Shown: positions 30,821 through 40,982, counted from the stretch's first letter. The stretch is 64,000 bases of DNA from Candidatus Latescibacterota bacterium (GCA_965208835.1 OZ242358.1:4736001-4800000), one strand, 5' to 3'. The notes: generated by a model from the sequence alone, not told the origin. Numbers and translations are program-made.

Positions 30821-31062
30821 CAAAAAAGCCCGGAAAACAGGTTCACGCGACAGCCGTGGAGAGATGATTCCGCCACTGGAATCCGGCTGCCGGGTACGTC
30901 TCCTGTTTCCGGGCTTTTTAAATGCAGTCCGAAATGTCAGGATATGCAGTTTCGGGGGAACGGAGGATATCCGAATCCGGTAACCTCGGAGAACGGCCGG
31001 AGGGGTATCGGCCCCGGGGTTCCGGAAGAAGGGTTGTCTCAATCGCCTGCCTGTTGAGAACA
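30821..31062 (-). ncRNA. candidate ~240-nt structured sRNA
   Basis: TTGACT-N17-TATCTT promoter (31096-31068), several hairpins, long terminal hairpin followed by U6; no credible ORF. Confidence 0.55.
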
Positions 31063-31438
31063 CTTGAAAGATAAGCCAATGTTTTTATTCAGTCAAGGGG
31101 AAGTTTGCCCTAATATACTGTTTTACATTATCTTGTGGTCCATCGGTCGAGTCATACCTTATATAGATTTCCGTGCGGCGGTCCATCGGAATCAGCATCT
31201 CCCCCCATTCGCCGCGCGTGGTTTTGCGCATACGCTGGACGAAGTCGGCCTTCCCGCCGCTTCCGGTACCGTCACAGCCCGGAAAGAAACCATATCGACC
31301 CGTTGACCCCGGAAGGTGGGCATTCCAACCTCACGCAATGACAGATACTTGTGGACAGAATTCCTGATCAGCGCTATCTTCAACACGCCTTTACACAGAC
31401 TGAGCTTCCACGTTTATCATCGTTGACGCAATCGACCC

Positions 31439-32791
31439 ATGCCGCATACGCTTACCATAACACAGGCGGCGGAGGAAATCCGGTCGGGCCGTCTTTCTCC
31501 GCTGGAGCTTCTTCAAGCCTGTCTCTCACAGATCGACGCCCTGGACAGCCGCCTGCATGCCTGGGTCCACGTCGACAGGGAAGGCGCCGAGCAACGCGCA
31601 CGGGTTCTTCAGGAGGAACTTGCCCGCGGCCGGTACCGTGGTCCCCTTCATGGGATTCCAATCGGGATAAAGGACATCATCGACGTGGAGGGCCTGCCCA
31701 CCGCCGCCGGCGCACGGCATCTCTACAACCGGGTTCCGGATGAAGATGCAGCGGTGGTCGCCCGATTGCGCAGGTCCGGCGCGGTCATCCACGGCAAAAC
31801 GGTTACCACGCCATTTGCGTGTTTCGATCCGGCGGAAACCAGGAACCCCTGGAACCCCGATCATACGCCCGGCGGCTCCAGCAGCGGTTCGGCCGCCGCC
31901 GTCGCGGCGCGCATGTGTCCCGCCGCCCTGGGGTCCCAGACCGGCGGATCCATCAGCAGACCCGCGGCGTATTGCGGCCTCGTGGGTCTGAAACCCACCT
32001 TCGGCAGAATCAGCCTGCGGGGGATCGTGCCCGTCAGTTACGAACTGGATCATCCCGGTCCGATCACACGTTCAGCCGCCGACGCGGCCGTCATTCTCCG
32101 GAGCCTGGCCGGTCGGGATCCGATGGATCCGCTGAGCGCCGACGTTCCTGTTGATACGTACCGCGTCGAACCGCTTACCCGTCCCCCCCGCGTCGGCATC
32201 ATTCGCACGTACTTCCCCGATAACGCCGACGAAACCATGCGCGCGGCGACGGACGATGCCGTTGAGCGCCTCGCCTTTGCGGGCGCCGAGTTCACCGGTG
32301 TGCAAATGCCAGGATCCTTTGCGGATTTACACGAGAATCACGCGCTGCTGCTCGCGGTCGGCGCGGCGAACGTCCACGGGGAACGATACGACGCCCGCCG
32401 GGACGCCTTCCCGCCCGGCCTGTGCGAGATCATCGAAAGGGGACGCGCCGCCGGAGCCGTCGATTACGCCAGGGCGCGACGGCACCAGATTGCGTTTAAG
32501 TCGGAGGTCCTCGCTGCCTTCGAGGGCGTGGACGTACTGCTGACCCCTGCAACGCCGACGCCGGCGCCATCGGGTCTGACATCCACCGGCAGTCCTGACT
32601 TCAACAGCCCCTGGAGCTACGCCGGTCTTCCCACGACCGTCCTGCCAGCCGCCTGTACGTCCGACGGACTGCCCGCCGCCGTCCAACTCGTCGCTCGACC
32701 CTTCGCCGAACTCCGCCTGCTCTCTGTCTCCGCCTGGTGCGAAACCCGCCTTGCGTGGAACCGCGCCCCATCGATTCTCTCCGCCGATTAA
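31439..32791 (+). CDS. amidase signature family protein
   Basis: PLHGIPIGIKD, PGGSSSGSA, GSQTGGSISRPA. Confidence 0.92.
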   Translation: MPHTLTITQAAEEIRSGRLSPLELLQACLSQIDALDSRLHAWVHVDREGAEQRARVLQEELARGRYRGPLHGIPIGIKDIIDVEGLPTAAGARHLYNRVPDEDAAVVARLRRSGAVIHGKTVTTPFACFDPAETRNPWNPDHTPGGSSSGSAAAVAARMCPAALGSQTGGSISRPAAYCGLVGLKPTFGRISLRGIVPVSYELDHPGPITRSAADAAVILRSLAGRDPMDPLSADVPVDTYRVEPLTRPPRVGIIRTYFPDNADETMRAATDDAVERLAFAGAEFTGVQMPGSFADLHENHALLLAVGAANVHGERYDARRDAFPPGLCEIIERGRAAGAVDYARARRHQIAFKSEVLAAFEGVDVLLTPATPTPAPSGLTSTGSPDFNSPWSYAGLPTTVLPAACTSDGLPAAVQLVARPFAELRLLSVSAWCETRLAWNRAPSILSAD

Positions 32792-32795
32792 CGCC

Positions 32796-34025
32796 ATGTC
32801 TCCGCGCCTGGTCCTTAGAAGCTGTCTTACAATTCTGACGTGGACGATGCTCCTTCTCGATCATTGCGGTATCGTCCACGCCTCCCGCGTGCTTTCCCCC
32901 AGGCAGCGCGCCGTCCGCCAGGGTATCGACTACATGCTCGACGAGCGGTACGCCCACTCCCACGCCATATTCGACTCACTCGTCGCCGTCGAACCTGAAC
33001 GCCCCGAGGGCTATCTGGGCAAGGCCCTTTCGTACTGGAACGAAAGCATGCTTCTGGCGGACGGCGAACGGTTTGTCGACTCTGTCGACCGCCTGACCGG
33101 CCGTGCCATCAAACTCTCCGAACGTGCTCTCAAGAAGGACAACAACGATGCGGAGATGGTCTTCCTTCTCGGAAAAGCCTATGGTCTGCGCGCGGGCCTG
33201 GCGCTTATCCACGGCAGCCCCATAGACGGCGTACTCCATGGCCTGAAATGCCGGGACTTCCTCAAGGAAACCATCCGTCTGAATCCAGGCCTCGCGGACG
33301 CCTATTTCGGACTGGGCCTGGCAGAGTACGTGGCCGACCGCCAGCCCCGTTTCCTCAGAATGGTAAGCCGTCTGCTTTCGCTCCCCGAAGGCGACCGGAA
33401 ACGCGGTCTCGAACGCCTCGAGCGCGTTGCCCGTGAGGGCATCTACACCCAGCGGCATGCCGTCTCCAGCCGTGCCTACATCGCCCTCTATTACGAGAAG
33501 GACTACGAAGACGCGCGGCGCCGTTTCGCAGACCTGCACCTGAGCTATCCCCACAGCCTGGACTACCGCATCCGTTACCTGGACGCGCTCTTCGGTCTCA
33601 CCATCCAGGGCAGGCAGAACTACCGCCAGGCCCTGATCGACTCCGCAAGATCCATCCGTCTCCTGGCTGAAGAACGAAACTGGATCCTGAACCGGTGGTC
33701 GCGCAACAAGCTGCACTTCATTGAAGGCTTCGGCCACTATCTCACCGGCAACTCGGAGTCGGCAATCGAACGACTTGAACTCTATACGGCCGAAGCCACA
33801 AAAAAGAGCTGGCTGCTTGGCCCGGCACATCTCATACTGGGCAAGCTGGCCGACCTGCGTAACGACCGGGACAATGCGCTCCGCCACTACCGCCGCGTGC
33901 GAAAGCACGAAAACGTCTGGGGCGTCCACGAAGAAGCCGACGCCTTTCTCAGGCATCCGTTCACAGGCGAGGAGCCCGTCCGGCGCCCTCCGGACACGGT
34001 CCGACGTTACCCGGAGAGACCTTGA
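32796..34025 (+). CDS. secreted TPR-repeat protein
   Basis: Signal peptide ending VHA; TPR-like helices (PE.PEGYL, P.LADAYFGLG, AHLILGKL); start uncertain. Confidence 0.7.
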   Translation: MSPRLVLRSCLTILTWTMLLLDHCGIVHASRVLSPRQRAVRQGIDYMLDERYAHSHAIFDSLVAVEPERPEGYLGKALSYWNESMLLADGERFVDSVDRLTGRAIKLSERALKKDNNDAEMVFLLGKAYGLRAGLALIHGSPIDGVLHGLKCRDFLKETIRLNPGLADAYFGLGLAEYVADRQPRFLRMVSRLLSLPEGDRKRGLERLERVAREGIYTQRHAVSSRAYIALYYEKDYEDARRRFADLHLSYPHSLDYRIRYLDALFGLTIQGRQNYRQALIDSARSIRLLAEERNWILNRWSRNKLHFIEGFGHYLTGNSESAIERLELYTAEATKKSWLLGPAHLILGKLADLRNDRDNALRHYRRVRKHENVWGVHEEADAFLRHPFTGEEPVRRPPDTVRRYPERP

Positions 34026-34289
34026 CGCCCCTCTGGAAATACGCGTTATTTTATCGGATGGATCTCGCGGATACATCTCATACGGGGCGTTCCGCGGAAG
34101 CATGGCCACCGGCATTCAGAAAAGAAAACCCAGGCCGTGTTCCGTACACAAACATGCCGGGGCTTGTCTCCTTATGGAATCGGTATGGCGTCTGCGCCCT
34201 CCATAGCCATGTGTCGCTCGAGACTCGGTTACCTCCGGGAGCGTATCCGTTACCCGGCCCCTTCGGCGCCGCCGTGGATCGTCCCCACC

Positions 34290-34991
34290 GTGGTCCGTTT
34301 CAAATGTCCGGACGCAGACCTGAAGCGCCGTTATCCGAGGAATCTCGGCATTTCCGTCGTCCTTTCCTCGATACTCATCTCCCTTTTATGCCTTCTCTTT
34401 CCAGGGTTCGAGTTTCGCAGTTATCCATCCTACGCCACGCCGGTGATTATTTCGCTCGAAGATATTCCTGAAACCTGGCAGGCGCCGCTGCCTGAAAGCG
34501 AAGCAATCATCCTGGGCACAGGCGACCTGGACGGCGTGGCCGTGGTTGACACCGTGGAAGACGAGGAGTCGGATATCGACTTTCTCGCCAATCTTCAAGT
34601 CGATGACACGCTTGGCGGTATGGACCGGAAGCTTGACGAAGAAGCCGTAGACTTCTGGGCCGTGTCGAAAGAACCCGTTCTCGTGCGCGAGGTCCTGCCC
34701 ATTTATCCAAGGGACGCCCACGATTTAGGTATGGAAGGGGTTGTGTTCGTCAAATTCGCGGTCGGAACGGACGGACGAGTCAAGGAGGCCTCCATTCAGA
34801 AAGGCCCCCGGATCTTTCACGCGTCCGCCCTTGAAGCCGTCTACGGGTTTGTTTTCAGGCCCGCACTCCAGAACGACAAGCCAGTCGCGGTCTGGATGAC
34901 CCGTCCCATCCGTTTTCGAATTGTGGACAATCTGCTTGAGGCGCGGCCCGTTCAACAGGTCCAAAAGCTGCCGGCGCCTGTTTCGCGCTAG
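34290..34991 (+). CDS. energy transducer TonB family protein
   Basis: N-terminal TM; YP..A...GMEGVV.VKF.V..DG.V, FRPALQ..KPV.V....PIRF; GTG start inferred. Confidence 0.85.
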   Translation: MVRFKCPDADLKRRYPRNLGISVVLSSILISLLCLLFPGFEFRSYPSYATPVIISLEDIPETWQAPLPESEAIILGTGDLDGVAVVDTVEDEESDIDFLANLQVDDTLGGMDRKLDEEAVDFWAVSKEPVLVREVLPIYPRDAHDLGMEGVVFVKFAVGTDGRVKEASIQKGPRIFHASALEAVYGFVFRPALQNDKPVAVWMTRPIRFRIVDNLLEARPVQQVQKLPAPVSR

Positions 34992-34993
34992 CC

Positions 34994-35998
34994 TCAATTC
35001 TTCCGATCGCGGTCGACCGCCCCTCCGGAATATTTCACTTCCTTCAGCCGATCCCGTTCGTCGAGCCGAACTCTCAGTGTAAACGCCCGCCGGCTCAGAA
35101 ATTTCGGATTGTGATCGAGCGCCGTTTGCAAGGCCAGCGAACCCAGCCACCCCAGCGCGTCGGGCCGAATCCCGAACCGCAGATCATGAATCAGAAACAT
35201 CCGCCCGCTTTCGCCGGACTCGACTACCGCCGGAAAACGCGCGAACCAGCGATATATCCGCCCGTCCCGCCGCTCCCACAGGGGTTCCAGACGGGGCTCG
35301 GCAAGCGCCGAACGGTAGGCGTTCGGCGAATCCGCAACCCCTGAAAACAACGACACAGGCACCTCGTACCATTCCTCCTCGCCAGACACGATTCCACGCC
35401 GATGCAGAGGAGAAAAAGGCACAGGAACCGCCGCTGCAGGCGTCAGTCCCCGTTCCGCTGCCCAGCGGTCCAGATACAGGTAGGTTATACCCGAAACGGC
35501 GACATTGAAGACCATATAAGCCGTAAGCGCCGCCAAACCCAGACGGTACCCATCCGGCCGCCATACCTTCCACCCGAGAACCAGTCCGACGATAAGAATC
35601 AGATCCAGGTACGGGTCGATAACAAACAGCACGTCGAACAACGCCCGGTACCTGGAAAACGGCATAAGGACCATGGTGCCGTACGAGGTTACCATGTCGA
35701 ACAGTATGTGAAGCAACAAGCCGGTGAGAGCGACCGCATAAAGCTTTGTGAACGGGACGTCCTTGAGTATGAAACGCCGAACAGCCCAGGCAACGACGAA
35801 CGCGCCGATTGCGGCGCCAAAGAACGAATGTGTCACCCCGCGGTGCGTCTGCAGGCTGTCGAGCGCGTCACCTGAAAAGAACACATCCACGTCCGGCAAT
35901 ATGCTGGTAATGGTCACCAGATTCACAAACCCCCGGTTCTCCGGCCATACGGACCGCGCAACCAGTCGGCCAACCAGGCCGTGTGTCGGGGTATCCAT
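34994..35998 (-). CDS. membrane-bound metal-dependent hydrolase (YdjM-like)
   Basis: MDTPTH, LPDVD, HRGVTHS, HILFD..TSYGT, IDP. Confidence 0.85.
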   Translation of the reverse strand: MDTPTHGLVGRLVARSVWPENRGFVNLVTITSILPDVDVFFSGDALDSLQTHRGVTHSFFGAAIGAFVVAWAVRRFILKDVPFTKLYAVALTGLLLHILFDMVTSYGTMVLMPFSRYRALFDVLFVIDPYLDLILIVGLVLGWKVWRPDGYRLGLAALTAYMVFNVAVSGITYLYLDRWAAERGLTPAAAVPVPFSPLHRRGIVSGEEEWYEVPVSLFSGVADSPNAYRSALAEPRLEPLWERRDGRIYRWFARFPAVVESGESGRMFLIHDLRFGIRPDALGWLGSLALQTALDHNPKFLSRRAFTLRVRLDERDRLKEVKYSGGAVDRDRKN

Positions 35999-36013
35999 GC
36001 CTTTTGCCCCCAG

Positions 36014-36047
36014 GAAGCTGTCTCAAAACCCCAGCGGTCTTCGCGCG
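36014..36047. repeat. truncated left end of MITE family A
   Basis: GAAGCTGTCTCAAAACCCCAGCGGTCTTCGCGCG matches the left ends at 1816 and 36224. Confidence 0.7.
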
Positions 36048-36223
36048 CAACGCCTCTTCAGTGCAAGATTAATAATATACTCAATGCTCCGGTTGAATCA
36101 ACCCCGCGCAAACGCAACTTGACATTTCGGTGTTCTGTCCCCTTAATTTCTTACTATTCTGCCGCCAATGCAATATGGGAACACGTTTCCGGGACAGGAG
36201 GCCAATCTCCCGTCCCTTCTTAA

Positions 36224-36432
36224 GAAGCTGTCTTAAAATTCCCAGCGGTCTTCGCGCGGCTGCAAAAGCGTCGGTCTGCGTTGGTCAAATCCACCCGTCT
36301 TACAAGATCGAGGCTGCGCTTGCTCGCCTCTCATAGGCGAATTTGCCCGTCGGCGCTGCGCGCCCCTCGCGCCTCATAACCGACACATTTTCGCGCGCGC
36401 TCGGGACTCACCAGGAATCTTAAGACAACTTC
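36224..36432. mobile_element. MITE family A, copy 2 (209 bp)
   Basis: GAAGCTGTCTTAAAATT...AATCTTAAGACAACTTC with TAA duplication; interior homologous to copy 1 plus an extra segment. Confidence 0.85.
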
Positions 36433-36461
36433 TAAGGAAGGGTTGCCGGGAGGCTTTAGAT

Positions 36462-37193
36462 ATGTCAAAGCTCGAAGGTAAAGTCGCAGTGGTAACCGGC
36501 GGAAATCAGGGAATCGGGAAGGGAATCGCGCGCGCGTTCGCCAAAGAGGGCGCGAGCCTGGTGTTGACGGCCAGAACGGTCGAAAAGCTTGAATCGGCGG
36601 CGGAAGAAATGAGGACGGAGGGCGTGGAGGCGGTTGTCGCTCCGGCTGATGTCACCGACGAATCGCAGGTGGAATCGGTGTTCGCGAAAGCGATGGAGCG
36701 TTTCGGGAGGGTGGATGTGCTGGTGAATAACGCGGCCGCTTTTGACGGGGGACGAATCGACGAGCTCTCCGCTTCAGCCTGGGACTGGGCGATGGCGGTG
36801 AACCTGCGCGGACCCTTTCTCTGCACACGGGCGGCGTTTCGCATCATGAAAGAACAGGGCGGAGGCCGTATTGTCAATATCGGCAGCATTTCCGCACAGC
36901 GTGTCCGCCCGGATTCCGCTCCATACAGCACCAGCAAGTTCGGAATTACCGGACTGACACATGCCACGGCGCTTGACGGCAGGGACTACGGGATCGTCTG
37001 CTCCTGCCTGCACCCGGGCAACACGCTGGTCGAACGCCGCCAGGAGTCCGACGCGCCCACGGACGACGAGCCGATGATGACGGTGGACGAATTGGCCCAG
37101 GCCGCGGTAACCATGGCGACGCTGCCGCTCCACGTCAACATGCTGGAGGCGATCGTGTTGCCGGTAGGGCAGCTTTATGTCGGACGAGGTTGA
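36462..37193 (+). CDS. SDR family oxidoreductase
   Basis: TGGNQGIG, NNA, YSTSK. Confidence 0.92.
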   Translation: MSKLEGKVAVVTGGNQGIGKGIARAFAKEGASLVLTARTVEKLESAAEEMRTEGVEAVVAPADVTDESQVESVFAKAMERFGRVDVLVNNAAAFDGGRIDELSASAWDWAMAVNLRGPFLCTRAAFRIMKEQGGGRIVNIGSISAQRVRPDSAPYSTSKFGITGLTHATALDGRDYGIVCSCLHPGNTLVERRQESDAPTDDEPMMTVDELAQAAVTMATLPLHVNMLEAIVLPVGQLYVGRG

Positions 37194-37319
37194 ATGGATA
37201 CCGCTATGTGTCCGTTGATACCTGAATCCGGAGCAGGGGCTTTGCCGGATGCGTTCCGTATCTTGTCCTGCCCGCCCTGTTTATCCAAGTTGTCGAATGA
37301 GCCGGGATATGGAATTTCC

Positions 37320-37348
37320 TTGACACTCTCGATGTGATTGTTTAAAGT
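37320..37348 (+). promoter_or_regulatory. sigma70 promoter of the trp/aro cluster
   Basis: TTGACA-N17-TAAAGT. Confidence 0.7.
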
Positions 37349-37426
37349 TAGATTGCTCCTGCCGGAGCGGTTTTTCTCGTCACCCGGTACGAAGTGGGCA
37401 GGACCGAGGACTGTGGAGGATCGAAC

Positions 37427-37534
37427 GTGACGGACCATGTCACAAACGGAATTTCCTGGCGTGGGTATTTTTATCGCTCCTACCGGTTGTATTACCGGGA
37501 GGCCCCGGAAGGTTGTGTCTGCCCACGCGAGTAA
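37427..37534 (+). CDS. aromatic amino acid attenuator leader peptide (35 aa)
   Basis: GGAGGA RBS (37415-37420), GTG start, MTDHVTNGISWRGYFYRSYRLYYREAPEGCVCPRE. Confidence 0.85.
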   Translation: MTDHVTNGISWRGYFYRSYRLYYREAPEGCVCPRE

Positions 37535-37559
37535 TCTGCTTGAAAAGTCGGAAACCGGG

Positions 37560-37589
37560 CCGTGGGCATCTGCTCACGGTTTTTTTTTT
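37560..37589 (+). terminator. attenuator terminator
   Basis: CCGTGGGC-ATCT-GCTCACGG followed by T10, 15 nt before trpE. Confidence 0.9.
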
Positions 37590-37604
37590 GATCTGTTGGA
37601 ACTC

Positions 37605-39086
37605 ATGAACACACCCGATCTGGAAACGTTGAAGACGCTGGCCAGGGGACGGGGAATTGTTCCGATCTCACGGGAAATCCTCGGAGATACGGAAACCCCG
37701 GTGTCCGCCTATTTGAAACTGCGGCCAAGGAGTCCGTACAGCTTTCTATTCGAGAGCGTGGAAGGAGGGGAAAAGATCGGTCGTTATTCCTTCCTGGGCG
37801 TGGAGCCGTTTCTCGCGTTTCGCTCGTGGAAATCACGGATAGAGGTGGAGGACCTGAAGCGGGGCGGCGTGAGGGTATACGAGGGATCGCCCATTGCCGA
37901 ACTCAGGCGTCTGCTGGGAAAATACCGTTCGGCCCAGTTGGAGGGACTGCCCCGGTTTACCGGCGGAGCCGTCGGCTACGTGGCTTACGACGCAATCCGG
38001 CTGGTCGAGAACATCCCCGATCGAACGCACGACGACCACGGCCTGCCGGACGTCGAGTTACTCTTCTACGATACGCTCCTTGGCTTCGACAACGTACGGC
38101 AGAAAATCCATTTGATATCCAACGTACATACCTCGGGAGATATCGAGCGGAATTACCGGGAGGCGGAAGCGCGAGTCGATGCGCTGGAAGCGGCATTGCG
38201 CGGTCCGGTTCCCGTGAACGGTGTTCCGTCAGGAACACCGCGCAACCGGACGGGAGAAATCAGGTCGAACACGGAGCGGTCTGTCTTTCTGGACAAGGTG
38301 CGTCGCTGCAAGGAATATATCGTGGCTGGCGATATCTTTCAGGTTGTACTCTCTCAGCGCTTCGAGACGGAGATTACCGTGGGGTCCCTGGACATTTACC
38401 GGGCGCTTCGCACGGTGAATCCGTCGCCATATATGTTTCATCTGGACTTCAAGGACGTGCAACTCGTCGGCGCATCGCCGGAGCTGCTGGTGCGCGTCGA
38501 AAATGGCGTCGTGCAGGTGCGCCCCATTGCGGGCACACGCTGGAGGGGGGCTACGGAAGAGGAGGACTCCGCTCTCGCGACGGACCTGCTGGAGGATGAG
38601 AAGGAACGCGCGGAGCATATCATGCTTCTGGATCTGGGCCGTAACGACGTGGGTCGCGTATCGCGTTACGATACAGTACGTGTAACAGAACAGATGGCGA
38701 TTGAGCGCTATTCTCACGTTATGCATATTGTCTCGAACGTTCGGGGGCATCTCAAAGACGGCGTGGATGCACTGGATGCGCTGTATGCCTGTTATCCGGC
38801 AGGTACGGTTTCCGGCGCGCCCAAGATCCGCGCGATGGAGATTATCGACGAGCTGGAGCCGACCCGCCGCGGACCGTACTCGGGGGCGGTGGGCTATATC
38901 GACTTTTCGGGCAATATGGATACGTGCATCGCCATACGTACGATGGTTCTGCAGGGACGGAAAGCGTACGTCCAGGCCGGCGGAGGGATCGTGTTCGATT
39001 CCATACCGGAAAACGAGCATCAGGAAACGGTTAATAAGGCGAAGGCGCTGTTCAGGGCGGTGGAACTGGCGGAGGGTGCGGAGTAG
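37605..39086 (+). CDS. trpE: anthranilate synthase component I
   Basis: DTETPVSAY, FLFESVEGG, GDIFQVVLSQRF, NPSPYM, KERAEH, PAGTVSGAPK. Confidence 0.96.
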   Translation: MNTPDLETLKTLARGRGIVPISREILGDTETPVSAYLKLRPRSPYSFLFESVEGGEKIGRYSFLGVEPFLAFRSWKSRIEVEDLKRGGVRVYEGSPIAELRRLLGKYRSAQLEGLPRFTGGAVGYVAYDAIRLVENIPDRTHDDHGLPDVELLFYDTLLGFDNVRQKIHLISNVHTSGDIERNYREAEARVDALEAALRGPVPVNGVPSGTPRNRTGEIRSNTERSVFLDKVRRCKEYIVAGDIFQVVLSQRFETEITVGSLDIYRALRTVNPSPYMFHLDFKDVQLVGASPELLVRVENGVVQVRPIAGTRWRGATEEEDSALATDLLEDEKERAEHIMLLDLGRNDVGRVSRYDTVRVTEQMAIERYSHVMHIVSNVRGHLKDGVDALDALYACYPAGTVSGAPKIRAMEIIDELEPTRRGPYSGAVGYIDFSGNMDTCIAIRTMVLQGRKAYVQAGGGIVFDSIPENEHQETVNKAKALFRAVELAEGAE

Positions 39087-39199
39087 TGCCGACAAATTAC
39101 GCCGCCGCCCCTCAGCAACCTTTTGAAAATGTCCATCCTGGCTGTGGCATGCAGCGGGACTATATCAACGGATTGTTTACGGTTTTGTCTGGTTGACCC

Positions 39200-39763
39200 A
39201 TGATCCTGGTAATCGACAATTACGACTCCTTCACGTACAATCTGGTTCAGTATCTGGGTGAGTTGGGCGCCCGGATGGAAGTGTTCAGGAACGATCAGAT
39301 CGAACTGGACCGGATTGACGCAACCCAACCCGAGAAGGTGGTGATTTCGCCCGGTCCCTGCACGCCGAACGAGGCGGGAATCTCCGTGGATCTGGTCCGG
39401 CGGTTTACCGGCCGGATTCCGATGCTGGGTGTCTGTCTCGGGCACCAGTGCATCGGACAGGCCTTTGGCGGCAAGGTCGTGAGGGCCCCGGCAATTCTCC
39501 ACGGGAAGGTGTCTGAGATTCATCACGACGGACGTACGATTTTCAGTGAAATGACTCAGCCCTTCATCGCAACGCGTTACCATTCGCTGATTGTCGAGCG
39601 GGAGAGCCTGCCGGACTGCCTTGAGGTGTCCGCGCAGACACACGACGGGATAATCATGGGTCTGCGGCACAGGAAATATCCGGTTGAGGGCGTGCAGTTT
39701 CATCCCGAATCCATATTGACGGCCGAGGGCAAAGTGCTGTTGAGGAATTTTCTTGAAGGCTGA
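39200..39763 (+). CDS. trpG: anthranilate synthase component II (glutamine amidotransferase)
   Basis: [32 protein letters not shown]. Confidence 0.95.
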   Translation: MILVIDNYDSFTYNLVQYLGELGARMEVFRNDQIELDRIDATQPEKVVISPGPCTPNEAGISVDLVRRFTGRIPMLGVCLGHQCIGQAFGGKVVRAPAILHGKVSEIHHDGRTIFSEMTQPFIATRYHSLIVERESLPDCLEVSAQTHDGIIMGLRHRKYPVEGVQFHPESILTAEGKVLLRNFLEG

Positions 39764-39768
39764 ATTAG

Positions 39769-39914
39769 CAGCCCGTTGAAAAAGCCCATCCGGACTACGG
39801 CCGGCCGTTGCGGTCGAAATACGGCGTTGTGCTCCCTCGCCGAATCCCAGGATGGGACTCGGTCGCGCGCCTTGTCTTCGGCCTCGCCTGCATAGCGACT
39901 TTATCAACGGACTG
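39769..39914 (+). mobile_element. MITE family B, copy 1 (146 bp)
   Basis: TIR CAGCCCGTTGAAAAAG / CTTTATCAACGGACTG; 4-bp TSD TTAG. Confidence 0.88.
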
Positions 39915-39967
39915 TTAGGGGACCGTACGCCGGTCCCGTTCTCTGCTTGCATGTCGGGGAGATGGCT

Positions 39968-40981
39968 ATGGCGATACAGGATGCGATTGCGAAACTGATT
40001 GAGGGGCAGGACCTGCCACGTGACCGGATGATCGGGACGATGAACCAGATCATGTCGGGAGAGGCCACGGACGCACAGATCGGCGCGTTCCTGGTCGCTT
40101 TGCGGGTCAAGGGCGAGACAGTCGAGGAGATCGCCGGCGCCGCGGAAGTGATGAGGGACAAGGCGACGCGGGTTGTAACACGGCACCCCACGGTAGTCGA
40201 TACATGCGGAACCGGAGGCGACGGATCGGGAACTTTCAATATCTCCACGGCGGCGGCGTTCGTGGTGGCCGGCGCGGGACTGTGTGTCGCCAAACATGGC
40301 AACCGCGCCGCATCCAGCCTCTGTGGAAGCGCCGACGTTCTGAAGGAGCTGGGGGTGAACATCGAAGCGTCACCCGGGACGATGGGGCGGTGTCTGGATG
40401 AGGCAGGCATCGGATTTCTGTTCGCTCCGGCATTGCACGGCGCCATGAAATATGCGATCGGACCCAGACGCGAGCTCGGTGCGCGCACGATTTTCAACGC
40501 TCTGGGGCCGCTGACCAATCCGGCAGGCGCAACCCGACACCTGATCGGGGTCTACAGTCGATCTCTGACCGACACGCTGGCGGAGGTCTTGCGAACATTG
40601 GCGTCGGAACGTGCGTTTGTGGTACACGGGCTGGACGGACTGGATGAGATCAGCACGACCGGGCCAACGCAGGTGAGCGAATTGAAGGACGGGACCGTGT
40701 CCACGTATGAGATCACGCCCGAGGACCTGGGAATCGCGAGGGCATCGGCAGACGATCTGGCCGGGGGCAACGCAGAGACCAATGCGGCGATCCTTCGCAG
40801 GGTGCTGAATGGCGAGCCCGGGCCACGGCTTGACATCGTTCTTTTGAACGCGGCAGCCGCAATCGTAGCAGGCGGTGCGGCGGGTGATCTGCCGGCGGCC
40901 ATGGAACTGGCCAGGGAAACCGTGGATTCCGGGCGGGCGGTGGATAAGCTGGAAGAGCTCAAGCTGGTTTCGGCGGGATAA
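39968..40981 (+). CDS. trpD: anthranilate phosphoribosyltransferase
   Basis: DTCGTGGDG..TFNIST, KHGNR, GPLTNPA, DGLDE. Confidence 0.96.
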   Translation: MAIQDAIAKLIEGQDLPRDRMIGTMNQIMSGEATDAQIGAFLVALRVKGETVEEIAGAAEVMRDKATRVVTRHPTVVDTCGTGGDGSGTFNISTAAAFVVAGAGLCVAKHGNRAASSLCGSADVLKELGVNIEASPGTMGRCLDEAGIGFLFAPALHGAMKYAIGPRRELGARTIFNALGPLTNPAGATRHLIGVYSRSLTDTLAEVLRTLASERAFVVHGLDGLDEISTTGPTQVSELKDGTVSTYEITPEDLGIARASADDLAGGNAETNAAILRRVLNGEPGPRLDIVLLNAAAAIVAGGAAGDLPAAMELARETVDSGRAVDKLEELKLVSAG

Positions 40982-40982
40982 G

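Noticed and set aside
30735-30830. rlmH 3' end as an SCC-like integration site
   Set aside because: No recombinase, att duplication or cargo seen downstream.
30188-31063. 291-aa minus-strand ORF
   Set aside because: Antisense to rlmH and spans a terminator hairpin; not protein-like.
31295-31330. CCGGAAGG resembling the SRP RNA domain IV loop
   Set aside because: The flanking CAGG/AGCA internal-loop motif and long stem are missing.
34180-34196. Possible sigma54 site before tonB (CGGT-N7-CTGC)
   Set aside because: Two deviations from consensus; too weak to call.
37437-37604. ORF-track N-terminal extension of trpE from ATG 37437
   Set aside because: It runs through the attenuator and U-tract and lacks a properly spaced RBS; TrpE-like sequence begins near 37605.
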